DNA from: Lingula anatina
Taxonomy: Eukaryota; Animalia; Brachiopoda
Length of the DNA stretch: 64,000 nucleotides
Reading direction: 5' to 3'
NCBI GenBank assembly: GCA_051362555.1
Contig: CM120640.1
Coordinates: forward strand, 39,596,788 to 39,660,787
The notes under the pieces are model-generated. The model saw only the letters and a program-made list of their open reading frames with translations. It searched no databases and was not told the origin of the DNA. Positions 17,257-31,195 of the stretch are shown piece after piece. The first letter of the stretch is position 1. The number at the start of each line of letters is the position of its first letter. The position numbers and the translations under genes were made by a program.

Positions 17257-20200
17257 TTTTATTTAGCAGTATTTATTTTATATACTCACCTGGCAGCCAG
17301 AAAATATTCAGTCCCATTTAACATTTTTAAAGCCTAAGGCCTGTTTGTGATCTTTTTGGTATGATATTGTTCCTTTATTAATTTATCTAGATATTAATAT
17401 GTGGTGTTTCCCACTTAACCATGGAAATGACCCTTTGATTACATTTAATTATAGGTAAATGAAAAAAGGAAATGTGTTTGAAGTTAATTTTTTCTTTTTA
17501 ATATAGGCTGTTTTTCATGTGCAATGGAATCAGGTGTGCGGATCTACAATGTTGACCCCTTAGCAGAGAAACTCAGGCTTGGTATTTATACAAATTTCTT
17601 TCTTGTATTTAGATCTCTGTTTGTATTTCCAAGCACTATAAAACTTTTGAGCACTGCAACATTTGTAAGAAAAAGTTCTTTTTAGTATCTTTTGCTGTCT
17701 AGATTCTATAGAATAGATTGATACTGTAAGGTGATTGAAAACACTGTTTAATGTGATTTGTTTTACAGGCATTGAGTCAGTAGGTAGTGTGAGTCAAGTG
17801 GAAATGCTTCAAAGAACCAACCTCCTGGCAGTTGTTGGTGGAGGAGCAATGCCAAAATTTGCAGAAAATGCAGGTATAAATACTGGTATTAATCATTTAA
17901 AAAGGAACAATAATAAATTGTCTTTATTTTTGGTTTTACTCTTTGGTGTGAGTCTATGTGGTTTTAGTTGATCTGAAATGTTCAAATATATTTTGTGGTT
18001 TCGTAACAGGAATAATATTTCGTAGCAGGAATGATTTTGTTGTAAGCTACAAAATATACAATTGGAATGAAAACATATATACATTTTAGGTGTTAAATTT
18101 GGTAAAAGGTGGCTTGTGAATATATTTTGCAGTTCTGTTGTTGGATGATTCTCAGAGAGATATGCAGAAGAAGCTAGTAATGGAAATCACAGTATCCCAG
18201 CCGGTGCTTGGTGTCAGACTATGGAGAAAAAGAGAAGTTGAACAGAAGTCCTTTATCAGGTAATGTTGTCCATGATGGGAGTGCAAGGACAGTAAAAATT
18301 AGCATTAATGATTAATTGAAAAGGTTTATACCAAACTGAAGGAATCAAAAATAAGAAAGGGGTTGCTAAATTGGGTTTAAAGGATAGTTAGATAATAGTA
18401 TGTTTTAATAATTTTTGAAATCCCATTTGGAGTATGATGAAAATTCTTTATGTGATCTACAAATTGAAGTATATGGTTAGCAAGTGGTGTGTTCTGTAGA
18501 AAGTTAATTTTGTTACAAGTAATCTGACTTAAATTCAGCTTAATAGTGGTGCTACGGAACCAGATTTGTGTGTTTGGCATATACTCAGATGATCCTCAGA
18601 GTGCAAAGCATTTGGTGACTTTGGACACAAGGGATAATCCTAAAGGTGAGTTAACATATGATACCTGAATGTCAAAATGTTTTTGCCTAAATTTGGTGAG
18701 ATATTGTAGAACAGACTGTTTAAATAAGAGCAGACACAAAATGTCAAAAGTAATTGTCCTGGTTTATTAAACCCTTTTACAGCCTGTTTGATCTCCAGAT
18801 TTAATCGGTGCTCTTTCATGATAGGTTTATGTGAAGTCAGCCCAGCCTCTGACAGGCCTATTTTGGCATACCTTGGACACAAGCGAGGCAGCTTGCAGCT
18901 GTTGGTGAGTGACTATTCACTATGATAAAATGAATATATGTTCTGTGACAGTCAAAACAATCTGGTAGTGGTTTTATGACCATTTAAAATGATAGAAAAA
19001 GCAGTAATCCTTCATTCATTTTCTTTTGGTTTTGTGAATATTTTTTTACCAGAAGCTGTAGCATATTAGTGCTATGCCTATTGTTTGTTTTGTAGGATTT
19101 GTCTAAGGCGTGTGCTCAGCCCAATATGTCTATGTCTCCAGTGACCATCAATGCACATCAGAATGAACTGGCCTGTCTGGCCATTAACCAGGATGGAACC
19201 ATGGTGGCAACAGCTTCAACCAAGGTGACAAATCAGCTCACTTTTACCCTCCTCAAAATACACATGTTAAAGCCCACATGAGTGTGTGCATGCATGTGTG
19301 CAAGCGTGCACACACTAGTTGCATTTTATTTTAGTTTTCATATACTGAACATAGGGAAGTTTCTTCAAATATACCATGTATATTTTTTTCAGATATAATT
19401 TAAGAACTTTGATCACAAAATTTCTTTGAATGTAGTAATTCCTTGTCTCATTCATTTTAGGGTACCTTAATCCGCATCTTTGATACAGTAAACAAAAAAC
19501 AGTTAATTGAGTTGCGCAGAGGTGCTGACCCAGCCACACTGTACTGGTGAGAAATTGTAACATATGGGTATACATGTATAATCACCTTCCACAACAGTTT
19601 CACCTTATTCAGAATCAAAATCTCAAGAATGTAAATATTTTTAAAGAAAAAGTCATAATTGTGAATACTTACTCAGAAGATGTACATGTATTATATATCA
19701 TAATTGTGGAAATGATTACAGTTATATTTTTTAAACTGACTTGACTCATTAAAGATGTATTTTTGATTCAGCATCACCTTCAGTCCAGATTCCTCTTTTC
19801 TGTGTGTGTCCAGTGACAAGGGAACTGTTCACATATTTGCTGTTAAAGATGAAAAGCTGAACAAACGATCCACGTAAGTAAAGATGTCCCACGTGAATTG
19901 TGAAACTTGAATTGTTTTTTGCAATTTTTTTATGATAATGATCAATAAAGTTCTTACAGTCAACAGTCAGTAAATATTGTCAAAAAAGAAAAGCAGGATT
20001 GGACCACATAATAATTTTGACCTTTATTTTATATTAAGGATTCCAAAACAGTCCAATATTATATTGTGCTATTTTTCAGATTTCAAAAAATGAATTTCCT
20101 TGGTCAAATTGGCCAGTATGTGGAGTCCCAGTGGGGTCTGGCTAGCTTCACTGTGGCAGCAGAATGTGCTTGTATCTGTGCATTTGGACCACACAGCTCA

Positions 20201-20471
20201 GTGATTGGTAAGACCCATAACTTGATTGGATTATAAGTTTTGCCTAAGAACTATGGATTCTAACATAAGTTTTCTGTAAGGAAATGTCTTCAGACCAGAA
20301 TTTTTTAACGTCAAACCTCCACCTTTTTCACATGCACAGTTAATTAATTTTTTTATTCTAGCTGTGTGTGTTGATGGTTCCTTCCACAAGTATGTGTTTA
20401 CACCTGATGGAAATTGTAACAGGGAGGCCTATGATGTCTACTTGGACCTAGGAGATGATTTAGAGTTTTGA
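16930..20471 (+). CDS. WDR45: WD repeat domain phosphoinositide-interacting protein 4 (autophagy PROPPIN)
   Basis: About 11 GT-AG exons (approx. 16930-16975, 17508-17581, 17770-17873, 18133-18259, 18539-18645, 18825-18904, 19097-19223, 19461-19546, 19773-19874, 20080-20207, 20362-20471). Peptides [62 protein letters not shown] and [25 protein letters not shown] match WDR45, including the LRRG motif. Confidence 0.95.
17193..17259. repeat. (TTTA)n microsatellite
   Basis: Tandem ttta run in WDR45 intron 1. Confidence 0.95.
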
Positions 20472-22453
20472 GGATATGTGAATATGTACTACTAATATAT
20501 GTAGGTCATATATTTTAAGTGAAATATACAAGTTAAGGAAAGATATGTGTAGGCTCACTGGTGAGACCCTACAAGTTATATCATCATACTTACCAACTTA
20601 TTGGTGCTATCAGAAATGGATTTAGACAAGTATTTAATGTAACAGTTGTGAATATGAGTCTGAAATGAAAATAGTTTCATCCCATAGGATGTTGCTTGGA
20701 GTTTTGACTGTGTGGGCTTTACCTAGAGTCAACATTGGTATAGACTTGAATATACATGTATCAATATTGCAAACATGATGCATGTTTTTATGATTAAGTA
20801 AGATGCCATTAATGCAATAGAACTATACCATTTTTATCTACATGTAATAGCTACATCAGTCTTCCACACACCACAAGGAGACAAAATATGTATAATAGAA
20901 ATTGAAATTGTGGAAGATAAAAGACAAAATGTGCATTTGTTGAAATTGCATTTTTGTGAAGTTCTGTTTATTTCAAGTTAAAATTTTAACAATAATTGGA
21001 TATCCTATGGTACTGTATTTTGCAACTGGCTGTGATTGTAGATGTTAAGCAGCTAGTAGTGAACATACCCTGGGGGTAAACCATTTGATTAATTTGGTCT
21101 AAATCGAAAATGGCAGTATTCATAACAACACACTAGTATATTTTAAAGACATTTGAGATCTTTATTTAATTTGACAAAATGAAAAATCGTGTATTTATTG
21201 TCCTGTATGTACAGTTAATAAATGAAGATATTTTTCAGAACCATGTTTTTTAGTATAAATTGTGTTGCTGACTGAACACTGAAATGAAAATTAATAAACA
21301 AAAAAGATGAATAAAGATTAATATAACAGTTGCCAACAAAACCACGTTGATCAAGAACTGTGGCATGCTCATTGTAATTAAGAGAATTTGCAAGTTTTTA
21401 GATGATATTGATGTCATCTACAATAATCTTGGTTTCAAACTCAAAATACAAGTACCTCTTAGATATGAGTTCATTTGATTGATCACTTTAATCAACATGC
21501 CTTAATTATACCAAGCTAATGATTACATGCATTCTTTGCATTTACACATCATGTAAAATGTTTTTTTAGCAGGGGCGATTATTATATTAATAAAATGAAT
21601 GTAGCATACGTTTATGACATCTGTACAGGCTACCCTAAACTAAGTTTAAAAGAGGAATATTTGTACTACAAAAAACCAATGAAATATGGCAGTCTCTTCA
21701 GACTCAAACATCACGCAGAAATTACAAATCATCATGTGGATGCGTGTTTTTTTGCCTATTTAATAATTTAATAACCTTCATTTTCTTTTCATTATTTTAG
21801 TATATATTTGGCATAATATATAATTGTATAATGCACAACAGTTTGCAATATTTCCCCCAAATTGTGCAACATTGTGCTAGTTGTGCGCTCTAAATCCTCA
21901 TATGTGACAGTAGGAAAATGCATCAGTTGAGACGATGGTGAAAGAGCCGAGAGAGAAGGTAAACATTACAGAACTCGTGTTTTCCTGGTGATATGAATTA
22001 GGTGGACAAGAGGTATACTGTTGGAGATAATACCTGTGTGACAGCCGAGCGTGTACAGAAACTTTGATATCGATATATATATATATGTAATACTGTTATA
22101 TATGTAATACTGTTATATGATAGTACAGAGACTATACTGCTATATTTCAGCGCAGTCATCGACGGCTTATAAGGTAAGACAATTACATGTGACATACATA
22201 TATTGTTTCATATAGATTTACGTGTAGTTGTTATTGCTGAATATTGGTGTAACTATTACTGGGGGTTGATCATGAATCGGCGATATAAATTGCAAAGTAT
22301 ATAGATGACGGGATGAATCAATAGTCTGATAGAAAAGGTGTGCCCAACTGATATTTACCACAATACTGCATGTACAGTCAGGTATTTTACATAATTGTTT
22401 CAGTATGCTTAGATCTAGTAATATTGATTCTTTAATTTATTCCAGTTATCACT

Positions 22454-25063
22454 ATGAAGACCAGGTGGTTTGTTGCCAAGTGTCGCAACTTTTCATCTCT
22501 GGAGTCCAGTTTATCTTCTGGTATCTGGGGATGCAGAGAAAGGCAGTCCTCTCCTCAGCCAGCAGAGACCTTAAGTCAAGCCATGGAGGGAGGGAGAGTT
22601 GTCCTACTCTTCAGTGTTAATAACCAACATGGTTGGCATGGAGCTGCTGTTATGGAAACAGAGCCCGTTGTTATGGAAACAGCACCAACTGTCACAGAGA
22701 AGTCACCTGTGGCAAAGCAAATGCCAGCAGTTTGTTGCACTAAGAACCAGATTCCCGTAAAAACTCCTCACCTCAATGGTGACTGCAGTAATTTTGTAAG
22801 AGGAGACAGTTACAGATGGTATCAGTTCAAAGTGAAATGGCTAACAGAATTTCAGGGAGAGTTTAAAGAACAATGTCTTCCATTTTCTGCCACAAAAGAA
22901 TTGGTGCTACTAGACAACACTCCAATAAATAAAGCAAGAAATTTTCAAGAATTGAATGAACACTCTGGCAGAACCTTGTATGAACTTCTGGTCCAGCATT
23001 ATAACAAATTGTGCAGAGACCGTGAGGAGAAATTAAAGAAAGAGGAAGAGCAGATTCCAACCCCATTTTTCCACCCCAGGGAATCCAGGGATATGCAGGA
23101 AGTGTGGCTGCGCATTCTTGAAAAGGTTAAAAATTTGGGAAAAGTATTGCTTGCTTGTGCATTTGGAAGTCAAAGGTGAGCACAAATATAATATAGATAG
23201 GTGATAAAAGAATAGGGTTTCACATAATTTTATTTGGCATGTCTTTCAATATGCAAATATTTAATATGCAAATATTCTGAAAACAAATGAAATTTACTTA
23301 ATTAAAACCAAATTTGACCCTGAAATATTATTTCATAAACTCTACTGTCTGTGTACTTTATTCAAGCAAAGCAATCACCCACTTGATAGATATTCTTGAT
23401 AATTAAATGCTTAATTTGTCTAATTACAGGTACAATTTGCACACCGCTGAAAGTGATACAGACATGTTCATAATTTATGCTGCCAGTGCAAAAGATGTGC
23501 TGGGATTTAACCCACCAAAACAGACAATAAAAGTAAAAAAACTTACTAAATATTATGATTAAAGAATGTTTTGATGATTTTTTAAAAAATGTGCTATGAA
23601 ATTTCATACCTGTATTTTTTAAAGATTTTTAAGAATTATTTTTCAAGTATTTTGTCCATCAGTAATACATGCTTAACATTAGATTTAAGTAAGATGATGA
23701 TTTAATTAGCACATCTTTAAAAAGTTCATCACCACAGTATTATGGTTTGTACAGTCATTCATACATAAATCTTGTCTTACTATAAAAGTTCAAGAAGTCA
23801 TTGCTTATATTTCAGAACCGTGATACAGAAACCTGTGACTATACAATCCATGAGGTTTTCCGTTACTGTGAGTTACTATTGGGGGGAGACCCTCGCTGTG
23901 TAGAAACTCTCTTCCTTCATCCCAGCTGTGTGTACTATGCAGCAGAGGAATGGCAGGGGCTCTGTCAATATGGAAAGTTATTTTTGACTAAGTATGTCGA
24001 GCATTCATTTTATTGGCTCTTTAAAAAACCTAAGATTTTGGCTTTCAGTGACATTGCTAAATAACATAATTTTGACACATTCTGTCGTGCTCATGTTTGT
24101 AACATTTATATGTAATAATTTTTTTTCACAGTTGCACAAGGTTTTGATTTTTTGTCAGTTGGTCTGGTTGAAATGAGGGGAACTTTAGCGTCTAAATATA
24201 ATTGAAGTAATAGTTGCAATAAGAATTGAATATTTTATTTATAGCATATATTTTACTCTTACAGACAATGCTTAGAAAAATACTTAGGTGATGCTACAGG
24301 GTCTCGAGGACTGAAGCAATTGGAAAAATGGTGGAATCGACAGACAGATGGTGCTGAACTGTTGCCTGTTCATATCAGAAAACTGTTTTACATTGTGATA
24401 AGATTATTGCAAAATGCAAGGTAAAAAAAAGACCCATACAAATTTTTTGATCACCATATTAAGACTTTAATTTAGATAAATTTAAAGAATTTAATAAGTC
24501 ACATTTACTTGAGGTGAGGAGTTACAGGGAGTGTCACCTTGTTTTAAGGGATGTTTCCAGTGGTGAAGGAATTGTAGTGTACAGACCTCAGCATTCTCCA
24601 GGGAGGAAGCTGCTGATGGAGACAAGGCAGGGAAAATACTCATACAAGTATCTTAAAGAAATAATAGATGGGTAAGAATTTATGAGATGGATTTTATATG
24701 ATCAGATGATAATGGTTAGTACCACTAATTCCTTTTTACTTTTGTGTAGTTGTACAATTAAGTGACTTATTACTTATTTTGTATTAGATGTGAATTAGAT
24801 TATATATATATCTTTTACTTTTTTCAAGTTTGATGAATTCTATATTTTACAGCAGAAAATTACATTAGTTTACTTTTTTGATATCATATTTCAGATTATT
24901 GCAAGAAATAGAAGCTAACAAAACAACTAGATTGTTGCCTGAGCAGCCTCCTAAGCAAAAACTGGAGGAATGGTTATTGGAACTCAGATACAATAGCCTA
25001 CTGGCCCTCAAGGAAAGCAAAGATGTTATAGGGCAGAGTCCAGACATAGATGATAAGGAGTAA
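22454..25063 (+). CDS. YTH-like domain fused to a DNA polymerase beta-superfamily nucleotidyltransferase (RlaP/YcgL, PF10127-like); about 482 aa
   Basis: Exons 22454-23175, 23430-23532, 23816-23991, 24265-24420, 24549-24671 and 24895-25063 total 1449 nt and stay in frame. The N-terminus aligns by eye to YTH (RWFVAKC..GIW..VVLLFSVN..GWHG..FKVKW..LPF..PINKARNFQEL). The C-terminal half has FGSQRYNLHTAESDTDMFIIY, CDYTIHEVFRYCELLLGGDPRCVETLF and KLFYIVIRLLQNA. Confidence 0.85.
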
Positions 25064-25687
25064 CCTTGGCATGTGCAATGTACCTTGTTTTGGAATTGGT
25101 AGCACAAATTTTAAGGAGGATGTGTGTAGTTTTATTTGTAAATTGTTTTTTTGTATTATCTAGGATGGTTGAAAATTATGATAAAAACCAATTGTTATTA
25201 TCTCTGTCCTACTCTTTGTGACAAAATATATCCCCACACTCCTACCTTAGCCTGTAATATTTGTAAGGAAAGATCGTCACCAAATAAACACCTTTTTAAA
25301 AAAAATAATTTGGAAATGGAATGATGTCCCTGAAATTATTTACGCGACATGGGACTAACCTATACTGAGACAGCACTCTTCACTTTTTAGGTATTCCATG
25401 AAACATCACATAATAAACCAGATTGCATCTTTAAAATGAAGTTTTATTTTTGTCCATGATAAAAAATGAAATTACAAATGATAAATGAATGAAATATATA
25501 TACAGCGATGGTGGTGTGCAGATGATGTTGATGGCTCATTTTAATGTTATGCTGTGTAAAATGATCTATATCTCAATATGTGAAAATCTTACATAATTCC
25601 CATTTCTTTGGAAGCCAATCTTAATAAAGTTCTGTACACTGACACAATTATTGTCATTGACTGTGCCTGAATAATGGACTACAGCAC

Positions 25688-27575
25688 TTATACTATGACC
25701 ACCTCTTCACCTCCAATATGATTGTATTCAGTCTTGTACATTTTAGGAGCAGTAAATGTAGATTTAGGTCCAGGCTCTGGTAGAACATAAGGAGTGTCTA
25801 CAGGGCAGAAGAAAATGTCTCTAAGCTTGACATCAGAGGGTGTTACATAAGAGTCCTGTTGCAGAGACTTGAGACCACTATGAGGGACAGGCAGCATAGC
25901 ATTGGGTTGACGTGGAATCTTTGTCTTGAATTTAAACCAAGTTGGGTCACGCATTGGAAGATTTTCTCTTGGTACTGTGTCTTTTGGCACAGGGCTGGAA
26001 AATCAATAAAAAACATATAAATCAATATGCATTATACACATTATACACAGATATACATGAACACCTTAATGTTAAGCACTGTATGTAAACTTCAACATTT
26101 TTCATGGATCATATTTGGCAGATTTGTTACATCTGTTATGGAGGGTTGATGTTTCTTGGATTAGTGCAATAGTAACTGATTAAACGTGTTGATTATAAGC
26201 AGTTTCATATACTCACTTGTGTTTTTGCCCATGCCCCCATGCCTTGGGGTACTCCTCACACTCCCAGTATGTTGTTGCATCTTTTCTTGGATAGCCATCC
26301 AACTCGTGTCTGGAGAAAGCCCTGTGGTCTTTGTTGGTTGTGGTCAAGTAGGTGTCGTCCAGTCTGAGTACACCCTTGTCTTTGGGGTAGAAGACCATTC
26401 CCTTGATCTTCTCATTCAGAGTGGATGGAACCATTTTCTGTAATAAAATGGAGATTTTTTAATTACTGCTTTTATTTGATCTGCTGGTGACTCAGAAAGT
26501 GAAAACTCATACTTGAGAATTTCTTTATTTGAAAAACAAGAAAAATTGCAGAAATTAAATATATAGGGGCTTACTTAAATACCTCAAGGTACCACCTTAA
26601 ATGGCATATTTCCAATAATCAATACAAAACCTTACTCCTTAGTCTACAGTTGCCAATAAACAAAATAATATCATACCAAGTACTGTATAATCTTTGGCTA
26701 GCATCTTCTATAAATATATATATTGGTAACTGTCATGAAAAAATGTGGCATATAATCTAGTAAAAAATTATTCTATTTACCTTTGATGGTCCTTCATTGT
26801 GATGATTAAGTAAATTGAATGGCTGTGGATTTGGTGTGAATTCTTGAGTGCCTACATTTAAACCTCGCTTGTTGTCAAATTGGTCCTGTTGCTCTGTTTT
26901 CTGGTTGCCCATTGTCAAAGGCTTCCTCCAACTTCCCTTACCAAGCTGGAAATAGAAAAAAAAAATTACCTATATAATACACAAAAATCACAATACACAT
27001 ATACTTCCCCGCAATATCTACACAATTATTTGTAAAATGGTACATGCATGTGCTTAACTTTTTTTTCTTTTGAAAAAAAGTAGACATACAAAAGCAAGAA
27101 TAATACAATGTAACAATTAAGAATTTTATTTACCTTTTCAATGTGGTCTTTCACATATCCAACTTTCCAGTGACCTGGCGCTTTTTTATGAATGGGGTTG
27201 GAATAAACGCCATCAAGGTATTTCTTGTAATGAAAATGTCCGGTTGTTGTTTCGAATCTCCGTGTATTTGTTATTTCATCTTGTTTGGCAAGGCTTGGTG
27301 GCATCGGCTCATTCAGAACAGGCTGGAATACAATATAAATATATATAGATACTTCTGGAATATATTATTACAGACCATTACAGTTACCGAATTGCACTGC
27401 TCACCGAGTTACTCGTTTAACAGTCAAATTGTATTTTATTACCATGTTATTTTAAAATTAGATTTTTTAATATGTGAATTACCTGATAATTTGAACTTGG
27501 GAAGTAATACCCTGGCCTATAATCATGGCCAACGCCTGTACTGGTGTGGTGCAGATCTTGACGCCTTGCCTCCAT
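25688..27575 (-). CDS. Uncharacterised 324-aa protein, probably a ciliary/sperm axonemal microtubule-inner-protein-like product
   Basis: Exons 27575-27483, 27322-27134, 26945-26781, 26437-26217 and 25994-25688 total 975 nt in frame (MEARRQDLHHTSTGVGHDY...GGEEVVIV*). The protein is Pro/Tyr/His-rich with short FETTT/YLTTT/YKTEY motifs, and an X-box-like site lies upstream. The gene model is solid; the function is inferred. Confidence 0.7.
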
Positions 27576-27598
27576 CGTGACTTGTGAGTGAATGTTTG

Positions 27599-27613
27599 GT
27601 TGTCATGTGTAAC
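27599..27613. promoter_or_regulatory. RFX X-box-like motif upstream of the putative ciliary gene
   Basis: GTTGTC-ATG-TGTAAC lies about 24 bp upstream of the ATG at 27575 and resembles GTNRCC-N(0-3)-RGYAAC. Confidence 0.4.
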
Positions 27614-30600
27614 AATGACGCTATATACGCTGGCAAAGCATTGTGGGTAAGTGGCCGATTGGTTTACTTTTCTACTCCGCAGAACTTTTTTTTTTAATAC
27701 AAAAATTCCACAATGTGGCAGATAAGTTTATTACTGAGTTAACTTAAAAGCTACAATGCAATTAAAAATAATGTGTTAATGTATCCTAAGGATCAAATCT
27801 TTATTAAAAACTAATATCTCCATTTAGTGGATTACTGCGCCAGTTAAATCGTCTCTCCACGAAGCGGCCTCGATTTCAATAATTCATAGCCGCACTCTTT
27901 TTCTGCATTATTCTATTATTGAAATATTGACTTGAATGTTTATCGAACATTCTAGAATATTTAAGTACTTAAGATACTTTTAACATAAAAGGAAAATTAA
28001 TTGTTTGGGTTGTTAGTTAAGTTTCAAACAAATGGACGTTTTACAGACTACAAAAATTAAGTATTTTCAATTTTTATCAGTTTTATTACGCATGCACTTA
28101 ACTACTGTATACAGAAAATCTAAAATATTTTGTCCATAAATTTCTTAGACATTAATAAATTACTGTACTTATAGTAATCACCAGCTATATAACCTTTGTT
28201 ACCCATGCAGGCTTTTGAGACAAAAGTAATGGTGAACACATTCCACTTACGTCCAATATCACATTTTCACATCTCATTCAAATTAGCAATAACAACCCTG
28301 TGTTAACCCACTGACAATCCCTGCTTTTAACTATTGATTATGCAGAACTGCAATTAACTTATTTGTGAAAATTACTATAACTCAACGGCCAAAAGCTTTA
28401 TTACAAGTGTATTGGTATACCAAGGGATCAATAACCACTCAGTTTCATTATAATTTTTCCAGACAGTTATAAGTTTTAAAACCATTTCCTTTTATTCTGT
28501 TGTGCTAAAAGAAAGGGAGCACTACCCCTGAGCTTCAGAATCCAATGTGGGTTGCCTTGTTAATTTTAAAAATATACATTTTGCCCGCTTACACTGACCT
28601 TTACTGGAAGTGTTTACCAAATGTTTGACAACCATTTGCATGCTGATAGCTAATGGAAGTGTAAGCTCCCATCAGTTATACTATATGACACTTATAATGT
28701 GTTGTAAATACCACCTACTGTTGACCAATTCACATTTGTGGGAGCACAGGCAAATAATTAGCCACACACCACAAGTGTGGGGACTTGATAGCAGAATGAG
28801 CATTTGCAATAGGTGTTATAGAACTGAATTAAATGTAAGCAAAGGACTGGAAGCAGGTTAGTTATCTAACAGATGCAAACACTCCGTTATGAGTCTGAAG
28901 CTCAGAGTTGGGGGCACTGAAATTTCATGAAAAGAAACCAAGTAAAACGGAACAGAAATCACTCTTAATGTAGGTTACTGATGAGAGAAAACAGCCAATT
29001 ACAAATAATATATATAAATTTGAAAAATAAACAATGGTTATAATCATCTTCCAAAAAATCAAGAATAAAAATGTCATCAAAAAATTTACAAGACTCCCAC
29101 ATCACGAACTCCAGCTAGTCTTCAAAATCACAGTATTGACATATTGCTCAGATTGAGTGTAACAGAATTACGAAATCGCACCTTTGACATGAAAATTAAA
29201 AAGAGCTACAATGCAATGATTTGAAATACAATACAATATCAAATGTAAATGTTATAATCTTGACCAGCAAGTAACAGTTACATTAATAAGATATTGCTAA
29301 GTAGCAGAACATAGGTTTCCAATTGAAAACTTGCAGCAAAAGGATGAGAAATATAAAGAACCTTAAAGATTTTTTTGAAAGTTTTGACTTGTACATAAAT
29401 ATTAACATTGGTAACATAAACCAGTTCAAAAAGGGATAATCAGTTCTACTTTCAGATGGAAAAATCATTACTCATTGAAATTTGGCCCTATGCTGCCTCA
29501 AGAGAATGTCTCCTCTTTCTGCAACAATAGTAAACTTGTAGTTAATGCTCATTTCATACTTCTGAAGTTAACAGAAAAATACTGTGAGTTTTGTAAAATT
29601 TCAAAACAGATCACTGGAAAATACTTTTCATACAGACAAGCTCTGGTGTGCCCGCATTTTACAAAGAACATCAAGTTGAAATTCAGCCTTAACTATGTCT
29701 ACTAAGAACCCAACTTTAGCTTAACTTGCTTAAAATCTACGTAATTCAACTTTTCACCAAGCACCAAGGCCTCTTGCCTCATTTTTAGGTCTTAAAACTT
29801 AATCCTTAGAACAAAATGCATTATGCCAATGGATTTTACAAAAATGTGACTTCAACTGCCTTTGGTAAACCAACTTTATTTGAAAGGGCTTGTTCTTAAA
29901 ACAAACTGGTATTACCCCTTTTGTAAAATGTGGTTCAGTTTCAAAATTGCCGTTGAAGTCTCATGAAGACTCGACAAATTTCCTGAAAATGCCAAATATA
30001 GAAACTAATGTATCTGACATCAATATGATAAGAATTCATCATGTTTGATATGAAATTAAGTTCCAAACCAATCAGAGAACATAAACCCAGTTACTCCTTT
30101 GACAATAAATGGCAATTGCTTTTTAGTTTTTAAATTGAAATTAAATTGTACTAAAAGCTTTACTACATGTTGTTTTAAGGAAAAACTAATATCTATGTCA
30201 TTATTTATATAGCTTTTAAATCCCAATAGCAAGAGGTAGCTAAATAAGTGAAGGCCACCCATTTCACAGGACTACTAAGCTATCTATTGACGCATTGACT
30301 GATTTTATGTTATATCTACATTTACATGACCATCAGTATTGATAAATGTGAGAATCCAAGTAATAACTAACCCTAAAAAGTTTTATCCCCAATGTTAATC
30401 CCAAGTTCCCATTTGTGCAGTATTATTTTGTTCATAAGATTTCACCCTTTATCTACATATTCTTCTGATAACATTCCTTGTAATTCATAAAAACAAACCA
30501 ATGCTCAAGAATTCAAGCAAATCATTCTCTTGGTTCATAGAACCTCTGCTACAGAAATAACAATGTGGTAGTCTGACAACCAGTTCAGCAAGATGCTCTG

Positions 30601-30909
30601 CAGATTCCTGTTAATTCCCAACCACTGTGGTCTACTTCAGACCTTCATAGGTCAACTTTCTATGTTGTTTTCACTTTCATTCATGGTGTCTAAGTACTTA
30701 AAACACGTCTTTTGTACAGACTTGGAAACGACAGCAACAGAGTTGCACCTCACTTAAGCACTTGCTCCGAAGCAGGTAAAACCTTCACAAAGCATGCAGA
30801 TGATGATGGATCTTCAACCTTAGTACCTTTCAGTAGATAACCTCACACATATATCAGTGAGGTCCTGGTGTGACTACCCACCCTCCCTCACCACAATGTC
30901 CTGGTAGAT

Positions 30910-31195
30910 GTCCCTCCCAACCTCCCCTGAAGTTATTTTGGTGACAGAACAAAGTTTTTCCTCTCTCACACTCTTGCCCATTGGAGTCCCTCCCAGCTTC
31001 CCTGAAGTGGTGTCAGGACATGTGTGTGGTGCCCCTCCCGGCCTCCCTGAAGTTAGTGGTGAAAGGACATTTGCCCATGGTGCCCCTCCCGGCCTCCCTG
31101 AAGTTTGTGATGAAAGGACATTTGCCCATGGTGCCCCTCCCGGCCTCCCTGAAAACACGGATGTTCCCTCCCGGCCTTCCCAGAGTAGCATTGCC
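30910..31195. repeat. GC-rich 51-bp minisatellite in the transportin 3' UTR
   Basis: TGGTGCCCCTCCCGGCCTCCCTGAAG recurs at 31027, 31078 and 31129, with degenerate flanking copies. Confidence 0.9.

Noticed and set aside
21918-21960. Upstream ATGs and donor as a coding first exon of the YTH-NTase gene
   Set aside because: Both ATG frames reach stops before joining the main ORF, so this is at most a 5' UTR exon with uORFs.
30367-30376. CTAACCCTAA, a telomerase RNA template-like 10-mer
   Set aside because: It is an isolated match in AT-rich sequence antisense to the transportin UTR, with no evident pseudoknot, CR4/5 or H/ACA domain.
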